NCBI GenBank assembly: GCA_963714425.1
Contig: CAVQOI010000006.1
Location: 99,629 to 163,628 of the forward strand
Reading direction: 5' to 3'
Length of the DNA: 64,000 bases
Source: an uncultured Chloroflexia bacterium
Lineage (GTDB): Bacteria > Chloroflexota > Anaerolineae > Anaerolineales > UBA4823
The position numbers and the translations under genes were made by a program. The number at the start of each line of letters is the position of its first letter. Position 1 is the first letter of the stretch. Positions 50,401 to 59,908 of the stretch are shown here, piece by piece. The notes under the pieces are model-generated. The model made no database searches. It was not told the DNA's origin and saw nothing but the letters and a program-made list of their open reading frames with translations.

Positions 50401-52620
50401 GGCGCCAGCTCATGATCGATCTGGTGTTTTTAGACAAGCAAGGCACCAGCTATAACCAGGAGCTCAGCTCGCAGCTCTACCGCCTGGTCGCAAGCACGGA
50501 CAGTGAAGGCTGGCTTAACCGCCGCGGGGGTATCTTTTTGCTACACGCAGACCAGATGGGAGAGGCCGACCGGATTCTTTTGGAAACGGTGGCGCGGGTG
50601 GTGTTGGACGGCGCCCAGGGGACTCTGTCCGAGCGTCTTCAGCATACCCCGGAGCTTGTCCATAAGCCGTCCCGGCTGCCACCTTTATCTTCAGCGCTGC
50701 CCGAAGGGGTGGACCCACAGCCGACCCTGCCCCTACCTCGCCCGCAAGGCCTGTTGTACGATAACGGTCTGGGCGGTTTTAGCCCGGATGGAAGTGAGTA
50801 CTGCATCTACCTGGCGCCTGGTCAGGTTACTCCTGCCCCCTGGGTTAACGTGATAGCAAACCCAAACTTCGGTTTCCTGGCATCCGAGTCTGGATTAGGC
50901 GCCTCCTGGGCCGAAAATAGCGGCGAAAATCGGCTAAGTCCCTGGGGAAACGATCCGGTTTCCAATGAGCCACACGAAGTCGTATATTTACGGGATGAAG
51001 AAACAGCCATCGTCTGGTCGCCCACCCCACAGCCCGCTCCTGCCCCGGCTCCCTATCTGGCGCGCCACGGTGCCGGATACACGATCTACGAGCACCACAG
51101 TCATGGCCTTTCCCAGCGGCTGCAGGTGTTCTCCCCGCCAGATACTCCCCTTAAAATTTTACAGCTTAATTTGAAAAACACCTGGGACCGGGCACGGCGC
51201 ATCACAGCCACTTATTACGTCGAATGGGTGTTGGGCGTAAGCCGGGAAAGCTCTCAGCAGTATTTGATCTCGGAATTCAATAGCGATCCTCAGGCCTTGC
51301 TGGTCCGCAATCCGTATAATAACGAGTTCTCAGATCGCGTTGCCTTTGTTTCAGCCAGCAACCCCTTACACGGGCTGACCACTGACCGGACTGAATTCCT
51401 TGGCCGGATGGGCAACCTGCAGGAGCCAGCTGCCCTCAAGCGTATTGGCCTTGAGGGGACAGTGGAATCGGGGATGGACCCCTGGCGCGGCATTGCAACT
51501 GCACATCGACATCCAACCTGGCGCTTCGGAAGTAGTTTACTTCGTGCTGGGCCAGGCCGAGGACCGGGATGCAGCCCTGGCTTTGGCAAGCCAATACCAG
51601 GACCCGCAGCAAGTGCACGCTGCTTGGGATGCCAATAACCGGTTTTGGAATGACCTGCTCGGAGCTGTGCAGGTTCACACCCCCGAACCCGCATTTGACC
51701 TGCTGATCAACCGCTGGCTGCTATACCAGACCCTGGCTTGCCGCATCTGGGGGCGAACTGCCTTCTACCAATCCAGCGGAGCCTATGGGTTTCGCGATCA
51801 GCTCCAGGACGTTCTGGCGCTGCTGCACGTCGCTCCACATCTGGCGCGCGAGCACCTGTTGCGCGCTGCCAGGCACCAATTTGAGGCTGGAGACGTCCTG
51901 CATTGGTGGCACTCCCCTTCCGGGCGCGGCGTGCGCACCCGTATTAGCGACGATATGCTCTGGCTGCCTTATGTAACCGCCGAATATGTAAACCTCACCG
52001 GCGAAGATTCAGTCTTGAGCGAGAAGATCCCCTTCCGCCATGCGTCTCTGCTGGAACCGGGGCAGGACGAACGCTATGGGCATTACCCGGAAACCAGCGC
52101 AACTTATACCTTGTTCGAGCATTGCCGCCGTGCGTTGGTTAAAGGGATGACTTCTGGGATGCACAACTTGCCCTTGATGGGCGGAGGGGATTGGAATGAC
52201 GGTATGAACCGGGTCGGAAAGGACGGTCGTGGCGAGAGCACCTGGCTGGGTTGGTTTCTTTATAGCACCCTCAACCGCTTTGCAGACCTGTGTGAGCGGC
52301 GCGGCCAGGACGAGCCAGCCGCTGGCTATCGCCATCGTGCCTCCGACCTGGCCCAGGCTATCGAAAACAGCGCCTGGGACGGCGAATGGTACCTTCGCGC
52401 TTTTTATGATGACGGCTCGCCCCTGGGCTCGTCAACGGACGAGGAATGCCAGATCGATTCAATCGCCCAATCCTGGGGGGTTATTTCCGGCGGCGGGGAC
52501 CCGCAGCGCGTTGCCCAGGCCATGCAATCAGTCTCCGATCAACTGGTACGGCGCTCCCAGCAGCTGGTGCTGCTGTTTACGCCCCCCTTCGACAAGACGC
52601 TGCATGACCCGGGTTACATT
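44415..52620 (+). pseudogene. cgs: cyclic beta-1,2-glucan synthase (Cgs/NdvB/ChvB-type; GT84 + GH94), three frame breaks and a 3' truncation
   Basis: Four consecutive ORFs (44415..47924, 47980..48957, 48849..51638, 51400..52671) are colinear with one ~2.8k-aa Cgs. Motifs seen: AEWLLDNYYI, LDADTILPRDAAREL..HPLN, LLSHDLLEG, FGVPGLGYKRGLADDLV across a shift, GAYGFRDQLQDV and GGGDWNDGMN. Homology stops after DPGYI at about 52620. Confidence 0.8.
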
Positions 52621-52622
52621 TC

Positions 52623-53060
52623 ATGCAGGATCGCACACACAACGGTGTTCCTTTCCGAATTCTCAATGTGATCGATGAGTACACAGGAGAATTTTTGACT
52701 GCTAAAGTAGCCAGAAGATTGACCCACAAAGAAGTGCTGGAACTGTTACTGGATCTGTTTCTACAACGAAGGGTACCGGTTCATATCCGTTCGGATTATG
52801 GCTCACAGTTTATAGCCAAGAAAGTACGCCGGTGCCTGCCGCTGGATGTCAAACCGCTGTTTATCGAACCGGGCAGTCCTTAGGAGAATGGCTACACTGA
52901 GAGCTTCAACGGCAAGATGAGGGATGAGCTGTTAGACAGAGATATTCTCTGTAAGGAGGCTGAAATATTGATTGAACAATAGCGAATTGAGTACAAGCCC
53001 GTTCCCCGCATAGTGCTTTGGGTTTCCGACCCCCAGTGCCCAAAATGGTTATTGAGATGA
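52623..53060 (+). mobile_element. 5'-truncated, decayed IS3-family-type transposase (rve core) remnant
   Basis: FRILNVIDEYTGEFL...VHIRSDYGSQFIAKKV...LFIEPGSP*ENGYTESFNGKMRDELL...ILIEQ*RIEY...SPHSALGFRPPVP. It has two in-frame TAG codons where Trp is expected and at least one frameshift. No N-terminal half or terminal repeats are present. Confidence 0.7.
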
Positions 53061-53236
53061 CTCCCCAATTTCAACCACTTGGACTATCATTCTGAGTGGC
53101 ACATATTCTTGGGGGCATCTCATGCGAGGACCCTTTGAGGTCGACGTTTAGGAAGCAGTATATTAATGTATAATTAAGACACACTCTCACCGCATGGATC
53201 GAATCCACATACTTTTCGAATTATGGAGGGATTGAT

Positions 53237-56200
53237 ATGCTACCAATATCCATGCGGCCAATGGGGGTTGTTAGACTCTGTGTATTCCTCACCGCGACCC
53301 TCCTGGGGATCAGCTCCGCGGTCCTCCCAGCTTTAGCTGCCCGATCTTATCGCCCCAGCGACGATTGCACCCCCGGTCCCCACAGCGGGGTAATCACTGT
53401 CGACCAGACCTGGTGCATGGCAGATAACCCGCACATCCTAATTGATGAAGTTAGCGTAGCAGCAGGCGTCACGCTCACGATTGAGCCGGGGGTGATCGTG
53501 CAGGCAGGCATTTACGACGGCCTGACCATCCGCGGGCGGATGGATGCGATTGGCACGATCGACCAGCCCATCCTCTTCACTTCGCTGGCAGATACAGGCC
53601 CGGAACAATGGCGCGGGCTGGGTTTTCTGGATAGTGCAGCCTCTGGTCATTTACGCTATGTCACCGTCCGCTATGGGGGCATGTATCATTCCGAGGTGAG
53701 CACCTATGCCGAGGTTGCCGCCATAAATCTGGGCGCCGGACGGCTGACCATCGAGGACAGCCAGATTCATTCAGCCGGCCACAGTACTTCTGGTCATAAT
53801 TATGGCCTCACAATCTCCAACAGCCAATTCACCATGCTGCGAACTACGGTGAGTAATCTGGGCTGCTGCTCTAACGATTCTGGTGTGCACATCACCGGTG
53901 CCAACACCGTTGCGACCCTCAGCAACAATACTTTCTCCGGTATCCGATCAACTGCGCTGATCGTAGGCGGCGGGGCATCTGCCACGATCTCGCATAACGA
54001 TTTTCATGGCAATACACTCGCTATGGTGATTAGTGGAGATCAGGTGCTTGTCGAAGACAATGCGATCTACGACAACACAGCCGCATGGGTTTCCGGAGAT
54101 GGAGGTATTCATATCTATGGCGGTAGCCCCACAATCCGCCGGAATATCCTGCGCAATAACACCAGTGATTACTATGGTGCCATCTCGATTAGCGGCGCTG
54201 GCAGCCCGCTGCTGGAAAACAATGTGATTATCGGCAACCATGCTGACTATCAATGCAGTGCAATTTATATCCAATCCCCTGCCAATCCGATCTTTAAGCA
54301 CAACACGATTGCAAATAACATGGGCGGAGACGGCAGCGCCATATGCATGTTCGGCGAGGGGCAGCACGGGAGTTTCTATAACACCATCCTGGCTAATTCA
54401 GCTGTAGGAGTAAAAACCAGCTTCGAATCCGGCAGCCTCGAGATGAATCATACGTTGTGGGACAATGTGCCCATCCGTTTAGAGGCAGGCGCAGGTAGCC
54501 TGGTAGAGAATTTCTCCATCGCTGGGCAGGCCAAATTTGACCTCGACGGCTATCACTTGACACGCAGCTCCAATGCTATCGGACTGGGGGCCGATGTGGG
54601 GGTGGCAAGCGACGTCGACGGCAATCTCCGCCCGCAGCCCCCCGGATCTCTGCCTGATCTGGGAGCGGATGAATTTCCTCGCGGCCAGACCCTTTCCTTC
54701 GAGATCGAATTTTACAGCGGGGATGTGAAGATGGAGATGACTGCGAGCGGCGGCGTGCAGATCGTCCAGGAATACTATCTTTTCTGGAATTACGGCAGCG
54801 AGGAAGAGGCCCCGCCACCCATCGCGATCACCATCACGGATACACTACCCGTTGAGATGGAGTTCGTTAAGCAGGAGACGACGGGTGCACAACAGTTTGA
54901 TTTTCACCGTGTAGGCCAGGCACTCACCTGGGAGTCGCAGCAGCCCGCCGAGGTAAATCAGGCTGGATATGTACAGTTCGGTATCGCTTACTCCAATGTC
55001 GAGCCTGGCCAAACCATAGACAATACCGTTCACGTTACTGCTGGGACAACCGAGCTCGAACAAACGGTCAGCGCTCAAATACCTTTCTTTACCCCCAAGA
55101 TCACTTACCCCATCGATGGCGAGGGTTGCTCAGGTCAGTTCCTCAATATGGTGGTGAGCGGCTATGCGTTGCCAGGCTCGTTGGTGAAATTATACGAAGA
55201 TGATCGTTGGAAGGCGACCGGAGTCGCGAACGAAGAAGACGGCCTCTTCACAATCACTTACGACTCGGATAATGCCGGCATCGAGGATTACACGAGGATC
55301 ACGGTGCGGTCGTGCAGTACCTCCAACCCTTACGACTGCAGCCAGCCCAGTGAGCCAGTTATTGTCACCAAGCAAACCGGCTTCTGGTGCCCGCGGCGTT
55401 CATCATGGGAGGGGGATCTTTAAGACGGTCCATAATGGGGAGCAGTACAACCACCAGCGTTTCGGTTTCCGCAACAATGAAGGCAAGCTGGCAACCGAAA
55501 ACTGGCTGTTCTTCGCCGGGCTGGGATTGGAGAACAGCACCCTCTCGCTGCACCTGTGTATCTGCCCTGGGGGTACGGACTATCCCACGGAAACATGGGT
55601 GATCGCCGGGGGTCAGCGTTACGATCCATCCGGGGGAACGACCCATATCCCCTCATTCTCGATCCCTCAGGCCAATGGGGCGATCGAGTTCCATGCCTTA
55701 TGCGCAGGCGAGGAGAAAATCAATCACGGCCTGATCCTGGTTGACCCGGACGGCTATATCTTTGATGTAACCCAGGGCTTTGACCCTGCCGAACCCACCC
55801 TGCACACCCTGGCGGGAGTCACCGTGACCTTGATGGTCTCAGAGCCCATGCTGGGCGGCTGGGTGCAGTGGCCCGCCCACCTGTACGATCACCAGACTAA
55901 CCCGCAGGTGACCGGCGCAGACGGCTACTATGCCTTCTACACTCAACCGGGCCAGTTTTATGTGCAGGCGTCTGGGAAAGAGGACTACCAGAACTGGCGC
56001 AGCCCGGTGATCACGGTCACCAACCAGCTGGTGCATCTGAACGTTCCGCTCACGCCGATAACTGTCCAAAATATCCACCCTGTCAATCTGACCATCAGCG
56101 GGCCTGATAGGCCGGTCTTGTATATTAACCAGGGGGATACGGTGGAATGGCTGGCTGAGATGGTCACCAACCTGTCCATCGAATCACGCCAATTGTACAC

Positions 56201-56405
56201 AGAAAACCCGGTCCTGCGATTGTTGAGCGCGCAGGATCCGCTCATAAATATTCTGGGCTGGGACAGCGGTATGCTGGCTCCGGGGCAGGCTTACCTGCGG
56301 CAGTTCACTCAGGATGGAGAATATCTATATAGCGATGGCCTGGGTCATACCGCCCGGGTGGTGGTTGGTGGCGTGCAGGTCTTTTTGCCCCAGGTCTGCC
56401 GCTAA
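53237..56405 (+). pseudogene. secreted right-handed beta-helix protein + DUF11-like + CnaB/CarboxypepD_reg-like + cupredoxin-like domains, frame broken once
   Basis: Signal peptide (VVRLCVFLTATLLGISSAVLPALA). PbH1-type repeats (NNTFSG, HNDFHGN, DNAIYDN, RNILRNN, NNVIIGN, HNTIANN). Also ITITDTLPVEMEF. ORFs 53237..55423 and 55200..56405 join across the G5 run at 55411-55415 (…SSWEG/IFKTVHNGEQ…). Confidence 0.65.
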
Positions 56406-56485
56406 CCCTCGGTTGGCGAGTACCAACCCACCAAGTGATTGATGTTGGCGGTAATGTGCAGCCTAAGTCACGAATTGGCTCCACA

Positions 56486-56533
56486 TTGACCGGCGTATAT
56501 TGACAGTTTTGACTCTCGTTGACTGGCGTTGAC
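56486..56533. promoter_or_regulatory. five phased TTGAC direct repeats (iteron/arm-site-like array)
   Basis: TTGAC occurs at 56486, 56500, 56509, 56519 and 56529 (spacing 14, 9, 10, 10 nt) in a non-coding AT-rich spacer. Confidence 0.3.
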
Positions 56534-56647
56534 AAGCTTATCAATAATCTTTTGCGTACAGTGGAAAATTTTATATTATTTGCTGAGTCCAACCGTAATT
56601 TCAGGGGAAAACTGTAGGTTCTCAGAGTTAGACCACCATATACGAGT

Positions 56648-56674
56648 AAAAAAAACCCCCCAAATCTGGGGGTT
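56648..56674 (-). terminator. rho-independent terminator (minus strand)
   Basis: Minus strand reads AACCCCC-agatttg-GGGGGTT followed by six more T. It lies immediately 3' of the tRNA-like fragment. Confidence 0.6.
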
Positions 56675-56676
56675 AA

Positions 56677-56701
56677 TGAGCGCGGAGAGGCTCGAACTCT
56701 C
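56677..56701 (-). other. tRNA-like 3' fragment (T-arm + acceptor 3' strand) without a matching 5' half
   Basis: Minus strand reads GAGAG-TTCGAGC-CTCTC-CGCGCTC-A, i.e. T-stem, canonical TTCGAnC loop, T-stem, 7-nt acceptor strand and discriminator. No complementary GAGCGCG and no D or anticodon arm lie upstream. Confidence 0.4.
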
Positions 56702-57141
56702 AACCAATGGCTTACTATATTTTGCTAAGTCCATTGGACAAGTCTGAATCAAGTACACTGGATGCTTTAATAAAACCTGTCAACACGAAAGCGTCCAATG
56801 GATTTGCTTCACAAAAACTCACATCGAAAAACATTGTAGCACTCTGATGCATAGAATCGGCAGCGATTCCACACATCTATTCATGCACCCGAGTTAATCT
56901 CATAACGGCCCTCACAGTATCCGCAACCTAGACGGCGAGCTTTGGCAGTAATAGCAAGACTCGTGTACGCTGGCGTTAGCAAATGCTATCGAACCAGAGC
57001 AACCCTTGTCGATCGTCGTCGTGCAACTTCCAGATACCAAGTGCAAAACCGGAAGCAATTGCACCGCCATAAAGTTCTGAAATACGTCAATCACTGAAGC
57101 TTTGAACACAGGCGAGATTACTACTTGACTATGGTATCAGG

Positions 57142-58461
57142 ATGCTATATAATCCAAATATAATTATTTTTTCAAGTGTAAATAATAATTATTCCTGGCA
57201 AACTTTTTCTGAAAATATCTTGCCCACGCTAAATCTCCAAGGAACCAATATCAACCTGGTAAAAGCGCATAACTTGCGTGTTGTGCTGCTTAACCTTTTG
57301 CATGATAACAGCCTCTCTCGCAGTCAACTCGCTAAACGCACAAGCCTTTCAAATACCACCATTACCAATCTCATCGCTGAGTTAATTGACCAAGGCATCG
57401 TCTCGGAGGAAGGCGAAAGCCATTCCTCAAGTGAAAGAACTCGCCCGGTAGGTCGACCACGCACAGGAATCCGGCTGGAACCAGCCGCTCGCTTTGTAGT
57501 GGGCGTTCACATCGGTATTGGCACTTTCAGAATCGGAATTGCTAATTTGCGGGATGAGATTATCCACAAGCAAAAGTATCATTTTGATATAGAGCTCCCC
57601 GCCTTGAAGGCATTGGATCAAATTGCCGACCACGTTGAAGACACAATTGCCTCAAGCCGGGTTGAGCGCAACAGAATCCTGGGCGTAGGAGTTGGCGCCT
57701 CTGGATTAGTTGATTTTCAATCAGGCATCAATGTAATGGCTCCAAACCTGAATTGGCGCAATGTGCCGATCAGAGAATATTTGCAAATGGTCTTAAATAT
57801 GCCCGTTGTGGTCGACAACAACGTGCGGGCGATGGCAGTAGGGGAGACCCATTTTGGTGCCGGGCGCGATGTGAACTCTCTTGTATTTGTTTACAGCCGT
57901 ATCGGTGTAGGAGCAGGTTTGACCTTCAAAGGGCAAGTGTATCGCGGAAGCTCGATGGGGGCAGGCGAGATTGGGCACACGATCATGCTTCTACAAGGAG
58001 GAGAGCCCTGCCGGTGCGGTAATAGCGGTTGCCTTGAGACTTTAGTGTCAGAAGTGGCTATTCTTCGTCAGGCCGAGGATATCGCTCACCATAATCCTGC
58101 CAGTATCCTCGCTCGAACTATGCTCGAAAGACAAGATCTGGACCCGATAGAGCAAGTATTAACATCGGCTCGCCAAGGTGACGAGGACGTTCGCCGTATG
58201 CTTGCTGAGCGTGCAAATTACCTGGGTATTGCTCTGGTCAACCTGGTGAATCTATACAATCCTGAATTAATCTTATTAGGAGGGATTTTCTCGCAAGGAC
58301 AAGATTTTTTCCTCCAACCGGCTCTCAATATGGTTCGCAAGATGTCTTTTGGAGGAATGGGAAAGAGTGTCCGAGTTCAAGCAACCAGCTTTGAGTGGAA
58401 AGCGGGTTTAATAGGTGCATCTGCGTTGGCCCTTATGAGCTTTTTTTATCACTCGGAATAG
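57142..58461 (+). CDS. ROK-family transcriptional regulator (wHTH + ROK sugar-kinase-like domain)
   Basis: The N-terminal wHTH is NLRVVLLNLLHDNSLSRSQLAKRTSLSNTTITNLIAELIDQGIV. The ROK core includes GAGEIGH and a CRCGNSGCLE zinc motif. The start is uncertain. Confidence 0.85.
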   Translation: MLYNPNIIIFSSVNNNYSWQTFSENILPTLNLQGTNINLVKAHNLRVVLLNLLHDNSLSRSQLAKRTSLSNTTITNLIAELIDQGIVSEEGESHSSSERTRPVGRPRTGIRLEPAARFVVGVHIGIGTFRIGIANLRDEIIHKQKYHFDIELPALKALDQIADHVEDTIASSRVERNRILGVGVGASGLVDFQSGINVMAPNLNWRNVPIREYLQMVLNMPVVVDNNVRAMAVGETHFGAGRDVNSLVFVYSRIGVGAGLTFKGQVYRGSSMGAGEIGHTIMLLQGGEPCRCGNSGCLETLVSEVAILRQAEDIAHHNPASILARTMLERQDLDPIEQVLTSARQGDEDVRRMLAERANYLGIALVNLVNLYNPELILLGGIFSQGQDFFLQPALNMVRKMSFGGMGKSVRVQATSFEWKAGLIGASALALMSFFYHSE

Positions 58462-58474
58462 TAGAGGGACTTGT

Positions 58475-59830
58475 ATGCCTTTCCGTATAGCTTTCTTACC
58501 TCTGGTTCGGACAACATTTGATGTATCGCTGGCGGTGGAAATGACCCACCTGGCTCGTGAGCATCTGCAAGCCTCCGGATTTGAGCTGGTTGAACCAGAG
58601 CAGCCTATCACCGATCTACCAGCTGCTCAGCAATTTGCTCGTGAACTCGCAGATAACACCGTGGACCTGCTTTTGATTTATCAGGCAACTTTCGCTGACA
58701 GCACCATGGTTATGGCACTCACAGAAGCGAGCGAAGCCCCCATCTTTTTGTGGGCTGTACCGGAACCCTGGACTGGTGAGCGGCTACGACTTAATTCGTT
58801 GTGTGGAATTAATCTTGCGGCGCATGCACTTACACTTCGCCATCGCAAATACCAATATGCCTATAGCATGCCGCAAGACCCCGCGGTCATTCTAAAAATC
58901 CGCTCTCTGGCCGCCGCAGGTTCTTTACGTCGGCGACTGAGGTCAGCGCATCTTGGCGTCGTAGGTGAACATCCGACAGGAATGGATTCTTGCCATCTGG
59001 ATGAGGCTAGCCTGAAAAACACATTTGGTGTGCAAATCACACCGATCGAATTAAGCGATGTTTTCACTCGGGCGCGCAATATTCCCGAGATGGCTATTGA
59101 TCATGCGCGTGCCCAGCTTGATTCTCAATTAGACAATCTCTCGTCCCTTGACCAGGTTCCGTTAAGAGGCACCTTGAGCGTTTATAACGCGCTGAAGGAA
59201 ATTGCAGCAGAAAAAAACCTGGACGGGTTAGCCGTGCGTTGCTGGCCAGAATTCTTTACAGATATGGGCTGCGCTGCCTGTGGCGCAATGTCTATGCTGA
59301 GTGATGGCCTGGGACTGTCTGCACCTCTTCCTTGCAGTTGTGAGGCGGATATCAACGGCACGCTGACCCAATTAATCCTCCAGTGGTTATCGGGCAACCC
59401 TAGCTTTGGGACTGATATGGTGGGGGTGGATACCGATAGGAACATGGTGGCCCTTTGGCATTGCGGACTGGCCCCCTTAGCAATGGCAGATCCAAGCGTA
59501 CAAGCCCGAGGAGGCATACATTCGAACCGCCACGTCCCGCTTGTAATGGATTTTCCTCTCAAGCCGGGAGAAGTAACCCTGGCTCGTATCAGTCAGGCGA
59601 CTGGAGAATTAAGGTTAGTTCTTGGAAACGGAGAAATACTGGACACCCCAAAGCCCTTCAGCGGTACAGCTGGTACGTTGAGGCTTGATTGTTCTGCAGA
59701 TGTGTTCCTTAATCTTCTAATGCGGGAGGGGCTGGAGCATCATATTTCCCTTGTATACGGGAATTTTTCTTCTGAGTTAAAGGCATTTGCGGACTTGGTT
59801 GATTTGCCCGTATTGGCCTTAGCACTCTAG
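58475..59830 (+). CDS. L-fucose/L-arabinose isomerase-like family protein (COG2407-type)
   Basis: 451 aa. Motifs are ...DLLLIYQATFADS..., PIFLWAVPE and RLRLNSLCGINLAAHAL. Its sugar-locus context fits. Confidence 0.5.
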   Translation: MPFRIAFLPLVRTTFDVSLAVEMTHLAREHLQASGFELVEPEQPITDLPAAQQFARELADNTVDLLLIYQATFADSTMVMALTEASEAPIFLWAVPEPWTGERLRLNSLCGINLAAHALTLRHRKYQYAYSMPQDPAVILKIRSLAAAGSLRRRLRSAHLGVVGEHPTGMDSCHLDEASLKNTFGVQITPIELSDVFTRARNIPEMAIDHARAQLDSQLDNLSSLDQVPLRGTLSVYNALKEIAAEKNLDGLAVRCWPEFFTDMGCAACGAMSMLSDGLGLSAPLPCSCEADINGTLTQLILQWLSGNPSFGTDMVGVDTDRNMVALWHCGLAPLAMADPSVQARGGIHSNRHVPLVMDFPLKPGEVTLARISQATGELRLVLGNGEILDTPKPFSGTAGTLRLDCSADVFLNLLMREGLEHHISLVYGNFSSELKAFADLVDLPVLALAL

Positions 59831-59908
59831 GAGGTGATTATCTGATAGATTCTGTCTGCAAAAACTTTGGAATACAATTGCATCAATAATTCAAAAGGAG
59901 AAAAAAAG

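Noticed and set aside
56677-56790. Intact tRNA gene on the minus strand
   Set aside because: Only the T-arm and 3' acceptor strand are present. The upstream 7-bp stem has a 20-nt loop, which is not an anticodon arm. No 5' acceptor complement (GAGCGCG) exists within 120 nt.
56912-57109. 65-codon minus-strand ORF with a Ser/Thr/Cys-rich segment (SGSCTTTIDKGCSGS...CYYC) that superficially resembles a lanthipeptide/RiPP precursor
   Set aside because: It has a GTG start with no Shine-Dalgarno sequence. No modification enzyme, transporter or immunity gene is nearby. It sits in an AT-rich spacer directly abutting the ROK gene start.
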